A DNA stretch of 64,000 nucleotides from Octopus sinensis (lineage: Eukaryota). Positions within the stretch are counted from its first letter, which is position 1; each line of letters starts with the position of its first letter. Under the pieces are notes generated by a model. The model was not told the origin of the DNA and ran no database searches. It saw nothing but the letters and a program-made list of their open reading frames with translations. A program made the position numbers and the translations under genes. Shown piece by piece: positions 12,541 through 25,088 of this stretch. The stretch is from NCBI RefSeq assembly GCF_006345805.1, contig NC_043012.1, positions 13,702,001-13,766,000 on the forward strand, written 5' to 3'.

Positions 12541-15500
12541 CAGAGATCAAAGAGGGGTGCCGACAGAGATCAAAGAGGGGTACCGACAGAGATCAAAGAG
12601 GGGTGCCGACAGAGATCAAAGAAGGTGTCGACAGAGATCGAAGGGGGTGCCGACAGAGATCAAATAGGGTGCCGACATAGATCTAAGGGGTGACGACAGA
12701 GATCAAAGAGGGGTGCCGACAGAGATCAAAGGAGGTCCCGACAGAAATCAAAGAGGGGTGCCGACAGAGATCAAAGGGGGTGCCGACAGAGATCAAAGAG
12801 GGGTGCCGACAGAGGTTAAAAAGGGTGCCGACAAAGATCAAAGTGGGTGCCGACAGAGACCAAAGAGGGGTGCTGACAGGGATCAAAGGGGTGCCGACAG
12901 AGATCAAAGAGGGGTGTCGACAGAGATCAAAGAGGGTGCCGACAGAGACCAAAGGCGGTGCTGACGGAGATCAAAGAGGGGTGCCGACAGCAATCAAAGA
13001 GGGGGCCGACAGAGATCAAAGAGGGGTGCCGACAGAGATCAAAGAGGGGTGCCGACAGGAATCAAAGAGGGGGCCGACAGAGATCAAAGAGGGGTGCCGA
13101 CAGAGATCAAAGAGGGGTGCTGACAGAGATCAAAGGGGTGCTGAGAGAGATCAAAGGGGGTGCCGACAGAGATCAAAGAGGGGTGTCGACAGAGATCAAA
13201 GAGGGGTGCCGACAGAGATCAAAGAGGGGTGCCGACAGAGATCAAAGGGGAGGCCGAGGGAGACCAAAGAGAGTGCCGACAGAGATCAAAGAGGGGTGCT
13301 GACAGAGATCAAAAAGGGTGTCGACAGAGATCAAAGGGGGTGCCGACAGAGATCAAAGAGGGGTGCCGACAGAGATCAAAGAGGGTGCCGAAAGAGATCA
13401 AAGAGGGGTATCGACAGAGATAAAAGAGGGTGTCGACAGAGATCAAAGAGGGTACCGACAGAGATCAATGGGGGTGCCGACAGAAATCAAAGAGAGGTGC
13501 CGACAGAGATCAAATAGGGTGCCGACAGAGATCAAAGGGGTGCTGACAGAGATCAAAGAGGGGTGCCGACAGAGATCAAAGAGGGGTGCCGAGAGGAATC
13601 AAAGAGGGTGCCGACAGAGATCAAAGAGGGGTGCCGACAGAGATCAAAGAGGGGTGTCGACAGAGATCAAAGAGGGTGCCGACGGAGATCAAAGAGGGGT
13701 GCCGACAGAGATCAAAGGGGGTGCCGACAGAGATCAAAGAGGGGTGCCGACAGAGATCAAAGAGGGGTGCCGACAGAGATCAAAAAGGGTGCCGACAGAG
13801 ATCAAAGGGGGTGCCGACAGAGATCAAAGAGGGTGCCGAAAGAGATCAAAGAGGGGTATCGACAGAGATAAAAGAGGGTGTCGACAGAGATCAAAGAGGG
13901 TACCGACAGAGATCAATGGGGGTGCCGACAGAAATCAAAGAGAGGTGCCGACAGAGATCAAAGAGGGGTGCTGACAAAGATCAAAGAAGGCACCGACAGA
14001 GATCAAAGAGGGGTTCCGACAGAGATCAAAGAGGGGTGCCGACAGAAATCAAAGAGGGGTGCCGACAGAGATCAAAGATGGGTGTCGACAGAGATCAAAG
14101 GGGTGCCAACAGAGATCAAAGAGGGGTGCCGACAGAGATCAAAGAGGGATGCACAGAGATCAAAGGGGGTGCCGACAGAGATCAAAAGGGTGGTGCCGAC
14201 AGAAATCAAGAGGGGTGCCGAAAGCGATCAAAAAGTGTACACCGACAGAGATTAAAGAGGGGTATCGACAGAGATAAAAGAGGGTGCCGACAGAGATCAA
14301 TGGGGTGCCGACAGAGATCAAAGGGGGTGCCGACAGAGATGAAAGGTGGTGCCAACAGAGATCAAAGAGGGGTGCCGACAGAGATCAAAGGGGCCGACAT
14401 AGATCAAAGAGGGGTACCGACAGAGATCAAAGAGGGGTGTGCCGACAGGTACCTACAGAGATAAAAGAGGGTGCCGACAGAGTTCAAAGAGGGGTTCCAA
14501 CAGAGATCAAAGAGGGGTGCCGACAGAAATCAAAGAGGGGTGCCGACAGAGATCAAAGAGGGGTGTCGACAGAGATCAAAGGGGTGCCGACAGAGATCAA
14601 AGAGGGGTGCCGACAGAGATCAAAGAGGGGTGCCGACAGAGATCAAAGAGGGGTGCCGACAGAGATCAAAGAGGGTGCCGAAAGAGATCAAAGAGGGGTA
14701 TCGACAGAGATAAAAGAGGGTGTCGACAGAGATCAAAGAGGGTACCGACAGAGATCAATGGGGGTGCCGACAGAAATCAAAGAGAGGTGCCGACAGAGAT
14801 CAAATAGGGTGCCGACAGAGATCAAAGGGGTGCTGACAGAGATCAAAGAGGGGTGCCGACAGAGATCAAAGAGGGGTGCCGAGAGAATATCAAAGAGGGT
14901 GCCGACAGAGATCAAAGAGGGGTTCCGACAGAGATCAAAGAGGGGTGCCGACAGAAATCAAAGAGGGGTGCCGACAGAGATCAAAGAGGGGTGCCGACAG
15001 AGATCAAAGAGGGGTGCCGAGAGGAATCAAAGAAGGCACCGACAGAGATCAAAGAGGGGTTCCGACAGAGATCAAAGAGGGGTGCCGACAGAAATCAAAG
15101 AGGGGTGCCGACAGAGATCAAAGAGGGGTGCCGACAGAGATCAAAGAGGGATGCACAGAGATCAAAGGGAGTGCCGACAGAGATCAAGGGGGTGCCGACA
15201 GAGATCAAAGGGGGTGCCGACAGAGATCAAAGGGGTGCCGACAGAGATCAAGAGGGGTGCCGAAAGCGAATCAAAACAAAAAGTGTACCGACAGAGATTA
15301 AAGAGGGGTATCGCAGAGATAAAAGAGGGTGCCGACGAGATATCAATGGGGTGCCAAGAGCCGACAGAGATCAAAGGGGTGCCGACAGAGATGAAAGGTG
15401 GTGCCAACAGAGATCAAAGAGGGGTGCCGACAGAGATCAAAGGGGTGCCGACATAGATCAAGAGGGGTACCGACAGAGATCAAAGAGGGGTGTGCCGACA

Positions 15501-15963
15501 GGTACCTACAGAGAATAAAGAGGGTTCCGACAGAGTTCAAAGAGGGGTTCCGACAGAGATCAAAGAGGGGTGCCGACAGAAATCAAAGAGGGGTGCCGAC
15601 AGAGATCAAAGAGGGGTGTCGACAGAGATCAAAGGGGTGCCGACAGAGATCAAAGAGGGGTGCCGACAGAGATCAAAGAGGGGTGCCGACAGAGATCAAA
15701 GGGGTTCCGACAGAGATCAAAGAGGGGGTGCCGACAGAGATCAAGAGGGGTGCCGAGAGAGACCAAACAAAGGGTTGCCGAAAGAGATCAAAGAGGGGTG
15801 CCGACAGAGATCAAAGGATGTACCGACAGAGATCAAAGGGATGCCGACATAGATCAAAGATGGGTGCCGACAGAGATCAAAGAGTGGTGCCGACAGAGAT
15901 CAAAGGAGGTGCCGACAGAGATCAAAGAGTGTGCCGAAAAAGATCAAAGATGGTGCCGAAAGA
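12541..15963 (+). repeat. 23-bp minisatellite (CAGAGATCAAAGAGGGGTGCCGA), roughly 150 units
   Basis: Direct reading; 21-24-bp variants, no spacers; source of all the PTEIK/RQRSK/DRDQR ORFs. Confidence 0.97.
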
Positions 15964-15967
15964 AATC

Positions 15968-16007
15968 TTCCCTTACAAACCCGAGCAACGCCGGGCGATA
16001 CTGCTAG
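15968..16007 (+). mobile_element. Helitron 3' terminus closing the minisatellite
   Basis: CCCTTACAAA-CCCGAGCAACGCCGGG-CGATACTG-CTAG|T, near-identical to 11602-11639. Confidence 0.85.
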
Positions 16008-16689
16008 TATATATATATATATATATATATATCAACTGAAGCTTGCACGTTTGACACTACCTTATTCTCGTTATCGCATAGGTTCATTATCATAAATATT
16101 ATAATTATTATCATCATGGTTGTTGGTGTGAAAAATTCATAAACTATGTGAAAGACAATTTTTTCCTATGCCAATCTTCTCATTGTGAATTTCCTTACCG
16201 AAATGAACACTTTTACCGGTGTAATGCGAAGTACGATTATTTATATCAATAAATGTAAGTACCTATAAATATTCAATAGTTTTCTTTTTAAGAAAATAAC
16301 AATACATCGCAATGAACTGCGTCGCTAATGAATGCACTTACTGACTGAGTACTGATTTATACGAGTGTATGATATATAATTTATAAATTGTCCTGGTCTA
16401 ATTCTCCGTTTGAGCATCCATGTATTTCATGAACCGATCGACCTAGAGATTTAGCTTAAGAATAGATTCCGTTTTCTCATAATGTTTGAATATGTGTGTG
16501 TGTGAAGGTGAATATATGTTCATATACGTGTTTATAAATGTACATATATAGGAGGGGTATTCAAAAATTATCTCCACTTGCGCCATAATATATCTTTATT
16601 ATTGTCACACTGCCTTCTGCGCATGCGTCCTTAAAGTTGGTAATATTGCATTCACATGATCAAGTAAGGAGAGATACAAAAAAGAAAAT

Positions 16690-16897
16690 AGAAAGCAAAA
16701 GAACAGTGAGGAGGTCACAGAAGTGTGACAAAAGAACTCTGGCCGAAATACGATTAGTATGAAATGAAGCTGAAGCAAGTGAACACCAAATGTATACTGC
16801 GTGTATATTCATTGGTTAAACCGGTAACATGACCATCCCGAAATACAACAATATCTGTTTCAACACACGAATTCACATCAAGAATCTTGCAAATCGA
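16690..16897 (+). mobile_element. Penelope-like pseudo-LTR fragment (same family as 59770-59990)
   Basis: Reverse-complement homology to 59770-59990, including GGTCACAG.AGTGTGAC and the terminal CACACGAATTCACAT.AAGAATCTTGCAA. Confidence 0.6.
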
Positions 16898-16909
16898 ATA
16901 TATATATAT

Positions 16910-17209
16910 CACCCTGATCACCGTGACCGACCAGACTATCAGATGTTGCTACACATCGCTGGTCACAATGCGCTTCGCATTGTTTTAGCCTTCAAATGAC
17001 GCCACCCCGCTAGCTAAGCGAGCAGGCCAACAGAAGAAAGAGTGATGAGAAAGTTGTGGCGAAAGAGTACAGCAGGGACCGCCACCACCCCCTGCCGGAG
17101 CCTCGTGGATCGTATAGGCGTTTCGCCCGCAACGTCCGGGTCTGGGAATCGAAACCGCGATCCTACGATCGTGAGTCCGCTGCCCTAAACACTGGTCTAT
17201 TGCGCCTCC
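16910..17209 (-). mobile_element. tRNA-derived SINE (second family)
   Basis: Minus strand GGAGGCGCAATAGACCAGTGTTTAGGGCAGCGGACTC...GGTTTCGATTCC: tRNA-like head with A/B boxes. Confidence 0.75.
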
Positions 17210-17211
17210 TC

Positions 17212-17340
<129 letters not shown>

Positions 17341-17380
17341 GTATGTATATATACATATATATATATATATACGTATATGT

Positions 17381-17885
17381 AGGTCCCGGGTTGATTCGGG
17401 GTTAACCACAGTAAATAAGGTACTCAATACATAGCAGAGTAAAATTAATTTATTATATAGAAGGAGCTTCTACAGGACTAGAACTGTTTCATTCAAGAGA
17501 AATCTTCAGGAAGCTAGTTAACAAGAATTGTATTGGCATTTATACATTTAGGCAGGTTTAACGGGGTGTTGGTGGGGGACTTTTTTGGGGGTAGGCATAG
17601 CGTAAAATAACATACTTGGGGGAGTGGTCAAGGAGTCAGTGTTAAATTAGATAGAAGAATAAATAAAAAGATAAAAAAAATTTTAAAAATATATATAAAA
17701 AAAATAAAATAAAAAACCTATATATAAAAAAAACGCTATGCCTATCCCAAAAAAGTCCCCCACGAACACCCGTTAAACCTGCCTAAATGTATAAATGCCA
17801 ATACAATTCTTGTTAACTAGCTTCCTGAAGATTCTCTTGAATGAAACAGTTCTAGTCCTGTAGAAGCTCCTTCTATATAATAAAT
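17381..17885. mobile_element. Penelope-like pLTR remnant with internal inversion and two hammerhead copies (17465-17515 minus, 17819-17868 plus)
   Basis: Inverted arms 17448-17603 / 17733-17885; AGCTTC-CTGAAGA-TTC(TCTT)GAA-T-GAAA-CAG(TTCTAGTC)CTG-TA-GAAGCT; flanked by (TA)n. Confidence 0.7.
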
Positions 17886-17952
17886 ATATATATACGTATA
17901 TATATATACATGTATATATTATATATATGTATGTATATATACATATATATAT

Positions 17953-18002
<50 letters not shown>

Positions 18003-18194
18003 TATATATATCTATATATATATATATATCTATATATATATATCTATATATATATATAATATATATATATATATATACATATATGTATAATTTAAAAATA
18101 GGATAAAATCTTCATAAGAAATTATCAAGTTGTTAGCGTGAAAAACCTCATAAGAGGAAAAATCTGTAAATTTTTTCACTTAAAAATATTTATT

Positions 18195-18477
18195 TATATT
18201 ATATAGAGGGCATTATTACACATAAATGCCGCGCGCTAGGAGGGACTCTTAAAGTCAAAACTACCAAAATAAACATATTGTACCGAATGCAAGTCTCGAA
18301 GCAAGTCATTTAAAAACAGAATTTAGCTGCAGATCACCAGTGACTTCGTAAAATGTTTTTAAATGACTTGCTTCGAGACTTGCATTCGGTACGATATGAT
18401 TATTTTGGTAGTTTTGACTTTAAGAGTCCCTCCTAGCGTGCGGCATTTATGTGTATTAATGCCCTCTATATAATATA
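18195..18477. repeat. Fold-back (arms 18195-18318 / 18354-18477)
   Basis: ~124-bp reverse-complement arms with few mismatches and a 35-bp spacer. Confidence 0.9.
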
Positions 18478-18493
18478 TATATATATGTGTGTA

Positions 18494-18570
<77 letters not shown>

Positions 18571-19261
18571 GAGATAGATAGATATTGAAATATAATTTTC
18601 TCTGAACAATGTGTCATACGATCTCAATAAAAACGCATCAAGTGTAAAAAGGAAAATACTCAAAGTTGAAGGTAAATGATTTAATTAGTCTCTTTGTGCA
18701 AATTAATTTTAATTACATTTTTAAAATGTTCAGTGTGACCAATATACTTTCAGGTGTCTCATGCAGGCTACTAAAAACTTCTGTGACATATCTGGCGTTC
18801 GAAACCATGCAGCACAAGGAGGAGTCCCTTTTTTTCTTTTTTCCTTTTTTCTTTTGTTATGGTAAACTACAAATTCACTTCCTGTGTAAATCTACTATGC
18901 TCAAAGTGTAATCGGAAATTGTTGTAACTTACCAAGAACTTTTAATTAATGAAAGTTCCGTTTTCATCCTTGAAAGTATTGATTTCCTGTGTGATTTTTC
19001 TTTTGTTTTGGTTTATTTTTGTTGTTGTTGTTTTGTGAAACTCCTTTTGGGAAAATAAGTACGACATAATAATTATCTAATAGTTCAGATTGCGTTATGG
19101 ATTTTTTTGCACTGCTGAAATGTTTTCGGATGTTTCGACCTTTTGGAATCTAAGAGTGGGGAAAATATAAACGTTACAGCATATCACGGACTGGCTTGTA
19201 ACGTATTTACGAAGGATGAGACACAACACAGTGCAATTAATTATCTTATAGAACAGAAATT

Positions 19262-20461
19262 TTATTCTTCCTGATTTTCCTGTGGTACAAACGACAAAGA
19301 TATGAATATGATCGAAATTATTATCGATATTATAATACTGACTTTTAGAAATATAGTGTCAAGTCGTATGTAGTTGAAATTATACTTTCGGTTTGTATTT
19401 CTTGATATTTCCTCCGATTTTGCGATAGAAATCCTGGAAACATCCGCTATTTGATTACTACAAAATTTATTTTTCTTTTTACATGGCGAACTTAATTTTG
19501 GCTCATTAGACGACTGAATTACATACAACTTGCTGACAACCACCGAACCAAGAGTGGTAATCCCACTCATCAATGATAACAACATTAAATACAACATAAG
19601 AAGTGAGGGGTATTTTGAATTTGCTGGAGTTTTATTCTCAAACTGAATAAGGTATAAGACGTTTGAGAGAAATACCGTCGTAGCCAGAGAAACTTTCTCG
19701 CCTGATTCAGGAGGCAGGAGGAAAACAAACACCGTCAAAAGCGTCATCATTATTGTTGGAATCAGCATAGCTATGATACCAATAGTAAGCTTACGCTGTA
19801 AGTGTATCGATGCAACAGCGTAACTGAAAGAGAGTTCCAAGACTTCCCTCTCACCTCTTATATTAACATTCCATTTATGGTTTTGTGTATGATTTATATG
19901 ATAGAAAGTGAGTTTTTTTATTTGTGTATGCTGAAGTGCATGCAAAGCGATACACATGCCAATTTCGCATATATGTTCATCGAATGGGTAGGCGTAAGCA
20001 TTTACCTGGCAATGACTATGTAATAAAGTTAGCGACCACTTTTCCACCACCCCATTATAATAAATCTTCACTTCAGGAAACTTGTCTTCATCATCTGATT
20101 CTTTCATGGAATTGCACATTATGATGGCTGGCATCCACACCTTATTTTTTGGCATGTATAAACTCGTAATGTTGTTGTGTTCCAATGGATTCCAGACCAG
20201 ACGTTCATCGTACCAATGGTTCGTAAAGAAGTATCTAGCCTTTAGTAAGTTATTTACGAAATCCAAATCATAGAGTGTGTGAAGACCCATGACCACATAT
20301 ATATCAACAGTATGAGTTACATTTATAACAGGTCTTACATACTTGTTATAATTAGATAATAAGAAATCTTGCAATAATCCTTCATCTGTGTACATACGGT
20401 TAGAATTTGCTTCCGATATAATCAGAGCGGAAAGGAAAACACAATATTGTATCAATATCAT
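19262..20461 (-). CDS. Cephalopod chemotactile receptor (atypical nAChR-like Cys-loop channel subunit), intronless ORF, CRT-like
   Basis: 399 aa; signal peptide, YNKYVRPV, WYDERLVWNP, WMP, Cys-loop CQVNAYAYPFDEHIC, M1-PPESGEKVSL-M2, M3, M4; lacks loop-C vicinal Cys-Cys and loop-B Trp. Confidence 0.95.
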   Translation of the reverse strand: MILIQYCVFLSALIISEANSNRMYTDEGLLQDFLLSNYNKYVRPVINVTHTVDIYVVMGLHTLYDLDFVNNLLKARYFFTNHWYDERLVWNPLEHNNITSLYMPKNKVWMPAIIMCNSMKESDDEDKFPEVKIYYNGVVEKWSLTLLHSHCQVNAYAYPFDEHICEIGMCIALHALQHTQIKKLTFYHINHTQNHKWNVNIRGEREVLELSFSYAVASIHLQRKLTIGIIAMLIPTIMMTLLTVFVFLLPPESGEKVSLATTVFLSNVLYLIQFENKTPANSKYPSLLMLYLMLLSLMSGITTLGSVVVSKLYVIQSSNEPKLSSPCKKKNKFCSNQIADVSRISIAKSEEISRNTNRKYNFNYIRLDTIFLKVSIIISIIISIIFISLSFVPQENQEE

Positions 20462-20699
20462 TATTCGAAATATGTAAAATCTTCAATCTCATTTCTTTTT
20501 AATCACATGTTAATGATTTCCAAAGAATATCACTTTTGTAAATGTTTTGTAATTTCTTTAATTAAAATGTAGATCTATTTTGTTAAATGAATTACAATTT
20601 CGATATTATTGATGCAAGACAATAATGTCAAGATAGATTGCTAATGTACATGGTTGAATTTTACAACAGAACAGAAGGATATTATCCATTTATCTGCAA

Positions 20700-21045
20700 A
20701 ATAAGAACTCGAAATAATCGAAAGTATGCAGCGGATTACAGTGGAAAATTTCACGAGAAATGCAAATTTAGTGTGTAAGAAATTTGTGTTGGTATTTGCC
20801 AGCACTACATTGCAAATACCTAATCATCGTGTGTTTTGCTGTTACAGAATAGGGTTAAAGATTTATTTATTGCTGTCATATAATGTTCATTCTTTACCAA
20901 AATATGTAAGAGAATCGTATACCGAGAGTTGTAGTTCCCGCTTTGTTACTCCTGTGACGATATCCATGTTAGAGTTAATGAATTGCAGCCAAACACATCC
21001 GAAAGTACATGCAAGTGCTATGAATCTGCAACCAAAAAGAAACCA
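20700..21045 (-). promoter_or_regulatory. Conserved upstream motifs of CR gene 1
   Basis: AAGTATGCAGCGGATTACA at 20722-20740 and CTGTGACGATATCC at 20952-20965 match the same motifs at the same distances upstream of the other two CR ORFs. Confidence 0.55.
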
Positions 21046-21639
21046 ATGATTCGTTAGAATGATCAACGAACATAAAAGGCAACATGAAAATCATTAGGGT
21101 TTAACTTGATTTATAGGTTTCGTGTAAATATCCATGCTAGTAAATCTAAAGTTTTGAAATAAATGTCCGAGTATATGTCATCTTTGGTTGGGATACATTG
21201 CAAATAAATTTTAAATGTTGATTTTTGACAAGTTACTTAACATGTATACCTTTATATTGTTTATAGCTGAATACATAAAAACAGTTTAATCTAAGAAAGA
21301 TACAAGAAAGGATGCGTTGTATGTTATACAATTTCAGAAATCGTTTACTTCGTTGAGTTCTATAGAAAGGGAATCATAGTACACAGCACCATCTATTTAT
21401 ACAAGGAAACGGAAGGCCTAGTGCGCACTCGCTATAACGTCTTGACTAAAAGCACGAGTAAAACATGTTTTAACTTCAATAAATAGATTGTGATTTATTG
21501 TTGCATAGACACATACATACGTATATACAGAGACCTAAGTCTACTTTATTAGAAATTCCACAATATCAACAGGATATTTTGTATGTATGTATGTATGTAT
21601 GCAGATTTGTGTTTTGGTTTATGTATGTGTTCTCATGTA

Positions 21640-23480
21640 TATAGTTGCATGCTACTTAAATGATAAACTTGTGGAATGTTTTACAGGTTTTTACAGTTCC
21701 AGTGATCTGTAGTCTTCGATTCAGCCTAATTTCTGAAGGTTGGTATTTAGTCACTGTGTTACATATCCCAGGGCCGTTATAATCACAGATATGTAACTGA
21801 ACTTGTAATCTGCATAGACTAACTGCAGATTTCTCAGTAGTTCAGCGCAGCTACTCTCTTTCTCACTGATCATCATCTTTATGTTAACTTACGCTGGGCA
21901 ACTGATTTCCACAACTCTACACAGTTTCTCTTCTGCATCCCAAATCATTATCTGAGGTCTATTGTTTTTACACTTTACTGAGGTTTACGCTGGACTATTC
22001 CTCCGGTATTCTTTTTGATTAATTGGGGCTCTGGCTTCTACCATTTTGTGGGTTCTTATTTCTTTGTCTTCAGGGTTATCCTGCCGACGGATTTCATTAT
22101 GTATTATCCAAGCTAAAGCATTATGTCTCATCGGTAGCTAATACCGCGATGACATTTGCGGACAATGTCACATTACTGATGTGGGTGATATCTTCAATAA
22201 TCACGTCACAAACTTTGCATTTGTCGTCAGATCTTGCTGCTTTTCCTGCATCGTCGTACATTTTGTTCACTAGGCATTTGATTGATATTTCCTAGATTGC
22301 GAAGCATACTTTTCTCAGTGGGAAATAGTAATCCAGTTGATCGGTCCATGATAGACTGCTTTGATGATCAATGTTACTATCATCTCTGAACTTTGTACTA
22401 ACATATCCATGCATGGTCTTCTGTTTATACCCGCTCATCAATTCATCTCATGATACGTTGCTGTAGTGTGGCGTGACTCCTTTGGGCCTGTATTTAAGCT
22501 TATCAGACAAGGAATCCTGCTGAAGTAGCTGCCTTCCAAGTCTTATGATATTATCACCCTCATGGATGTAAACGTGGTCCAGGGATGCACTTCAACACTT
22601 GGTGATTAAAAAAGCTTGCCGAAGGGATATGATAAGATATTCAAAAGCAGTTTTGATGTTAAGCCTCTGCTACCCAGTTTTCGTTTTAGGTAAAGGCGTT
22701 CGACATCATTTCGGATGTGGAAATTATGTGTGTTGGTTAGTTTCCAAATCAATAACTCGGATCTGATCAAGCGTCCAATCAACCAGCCCAAATCTTCCAA
22801 GGCCCACATTTTCTTTATTCGGCTGTAATATCAATTTAGTGACACGTGTTTAGTTACAGGTGTCATCTTAAGATATATTTTCATCCACACATACATACTT
22901 GTAACATTCCTCATTGAATATAGAGGAAATTGTTAAATCATTGATGGAGATGTTGCTGGTCTGGTTTACAGTTTTTCTTCTTTTCACAGCCATTTAGCAA
23001 CATCGCAGCCCTATATTCTTTTCAGAATACTGTAAACAAGTCAAGAAGCATATTATTTGTTTATAGTTTCAAATCATTCACAAAGAAACAGTGTGTAATT
23101 TTCGTATTTCTGCTTCCTTGTAAACCAGTGTTATATGCTTCAGATTTGCTTAACATGAGTGACAAGGGGTTTGCTGAAACTATTAACAACATCATTGAGT
23201 GCTGTCCACCAGGGAATATACCTCAGCTATACTGTATTCTATAAGCGATAATACAATCATTCCTTGTATTTAATTTCAACATGGTGGGCAAAGATAAAGT
23301 CAGGTCAGCTCTGGTTTTAACAACGCTCACTGAAGCTTTGGCAAGTTCTGGGCTTCTAGCATCCATGATTGGGGAAAATAGTCAAAGGATTTCTTGTAGT
23401 CTAGCCACATTGAAACTAGGTTCCTTCTATGCTTTCACCTCTCTGAGATTATAGTCTCGTTTATTCATAATGAAAGTTTG
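21640..23480 (-). mobile_element. Degenerate RLE-type non-LTR retrotransposon (R4/Dong-like)
   Basis: HNFHIRNDVERLYLKRKLGSRGL and NRPQIMIWDAEEKLCRVVEISCP...ITALGYV (restriction-like endonuclease region); many stops; flanked by (TATG)n on both sides. Confidence 0.7.
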
Positions 23481-23560
23481 AATGAATGAATGTATGTATG
23501 TATGTATGTATGTTTGAATGTATGAATGTATGTATGCATGCATGCATATATGTATGTATG

Positions 23561-23593
<33 letters not shown>

Positions 23594-24026
23594 TTGAATG
23601 TATGTATGTATGTATGTATATATGTATGTATGTATGTTTCAATGTATGTATGTATGTATGTATGCATGTATGTTTGAATGTATGTATGTATGTATGTATG
23701 TTTGAATGTATGTATGTATGTATGTATGTTTGAATGTATGAATGTATGTATGTATGTATGTATGTATGTTTGAATGTATGAATGTAGTATGTATGTATGT
23801 ATGTATGTATGTTTGAATGTATGTATGTATGTATTATGTATGTATGTATGTATGTATGTTTGAATGTATGTACGTATGTATGTATGTTTGAATGTATGTA
23901 TGTATGTATGTATATATGTATGTATGTATGTTTCAATGTATGTATGTATGTATGTATGTTTGAATGTATGTATGTATGTATGTATGTTTCAATGTATGTA
24001 TGTATGTAGTATGTATGTATGTTTGA

Positions 24027-24059
<33 letters not shown>

Positions 24060-24263
24060 TGTATGTTTGAATGTATGAATGTATGTATGTGTGTATGTAT
24101 GTATGTTTGAATGTATGTATGTTGTATGTATGTATGTATGTATGTTTGAATGTATGTACGTATGTACGTATGTTTGAATGTATGTATGTATTATGTATGT
24201 ATGTATGTATGTATGTATGTATGTATGTATGTATGTATGTATGCATGTATGTATGTATGTATG
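23480..24263. repeat. (ATGT)n satellite with recurring TTTGAATG variant
   Basis: Direct reading; source of the MYVC/HTYI ORFs. Confidence 0.95.
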
Positions 24264-24782
24264 ATTCGAGAGATTTTTTATATGAATTTCTGTGCTGAAA
24301 AAAGTTCTGCGTGCCTCGGGAGAGCCATTATGCCAATATCATTAACAAACGCACTGATTCACCTCCACCCCTTTATTATAAGATAATTGCTTAAATATCC
24401 AACTTTCTAATCAGATATTTGTTTAGATTAGTAAAGCGGTAAAGCGTTTCTTTTGTTTTTGTTCGTTCTTTTGTATTTTTTTTTCTAGTGGAAGAAAATT
24501 TCTCTTCGTCCATTATATAGGCCTCATTTCTGTCTCAGGCATTATTGCGTGCGTACCTGTATTTGTGTGTGTGTGTGCGTTGGTGTGTATGTGTCGATGA
24601 GTGTGCGCGTGAGCGCGCTTGTGTGTCTGTGTAGCAGTGCGCGTATTTGTCTGTATATACACTGGTACACACACGCGCGCGCGGTCTCAGACAGACAAAC
24701 GCGACCGCCGTAACGGATTAAAAGAAAAGTCAATGTAAATTTGCAAATAGATCACTAGACCTGCGACAAAAATAAAAATCTT

Positions 24783-24838
<56 letters not shown>

Positions 24839-25033
24839 CTTTATATATCTAATATAGATAATATGTATAATATGTATAATATATAAGTATATAATATATA
24901 TCATAATATATATATATATACTCATCATAATATATATATATATGTATATACAATATATACATATATATATATATATATATATTATCATATATTATATATA
25001 TATATTATGTATACATTATACTATATATATATA

Positions 25034-25088
<55 letters not shown>

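Noticed and set aside
12541-15963. CRISPR array or repetitive protein gene
   Set aside because: No unique spacers, no cas genes, eukaryotic context; ORFs arise in all frames only because the 23-mer lacks stop codons.
17100-17209. tRNA gene (likewise 12300-12374)
   Set aside because: A/B boxes continue into SINE bodies and I could not fold a full cloverleaf.
23427-24386. MYVC/HTYI-rich ORFs (and all YI/TH-repeat and poly-K/N/L ORFs elsewhere)
   Set aside because: Translations of microsatellites.
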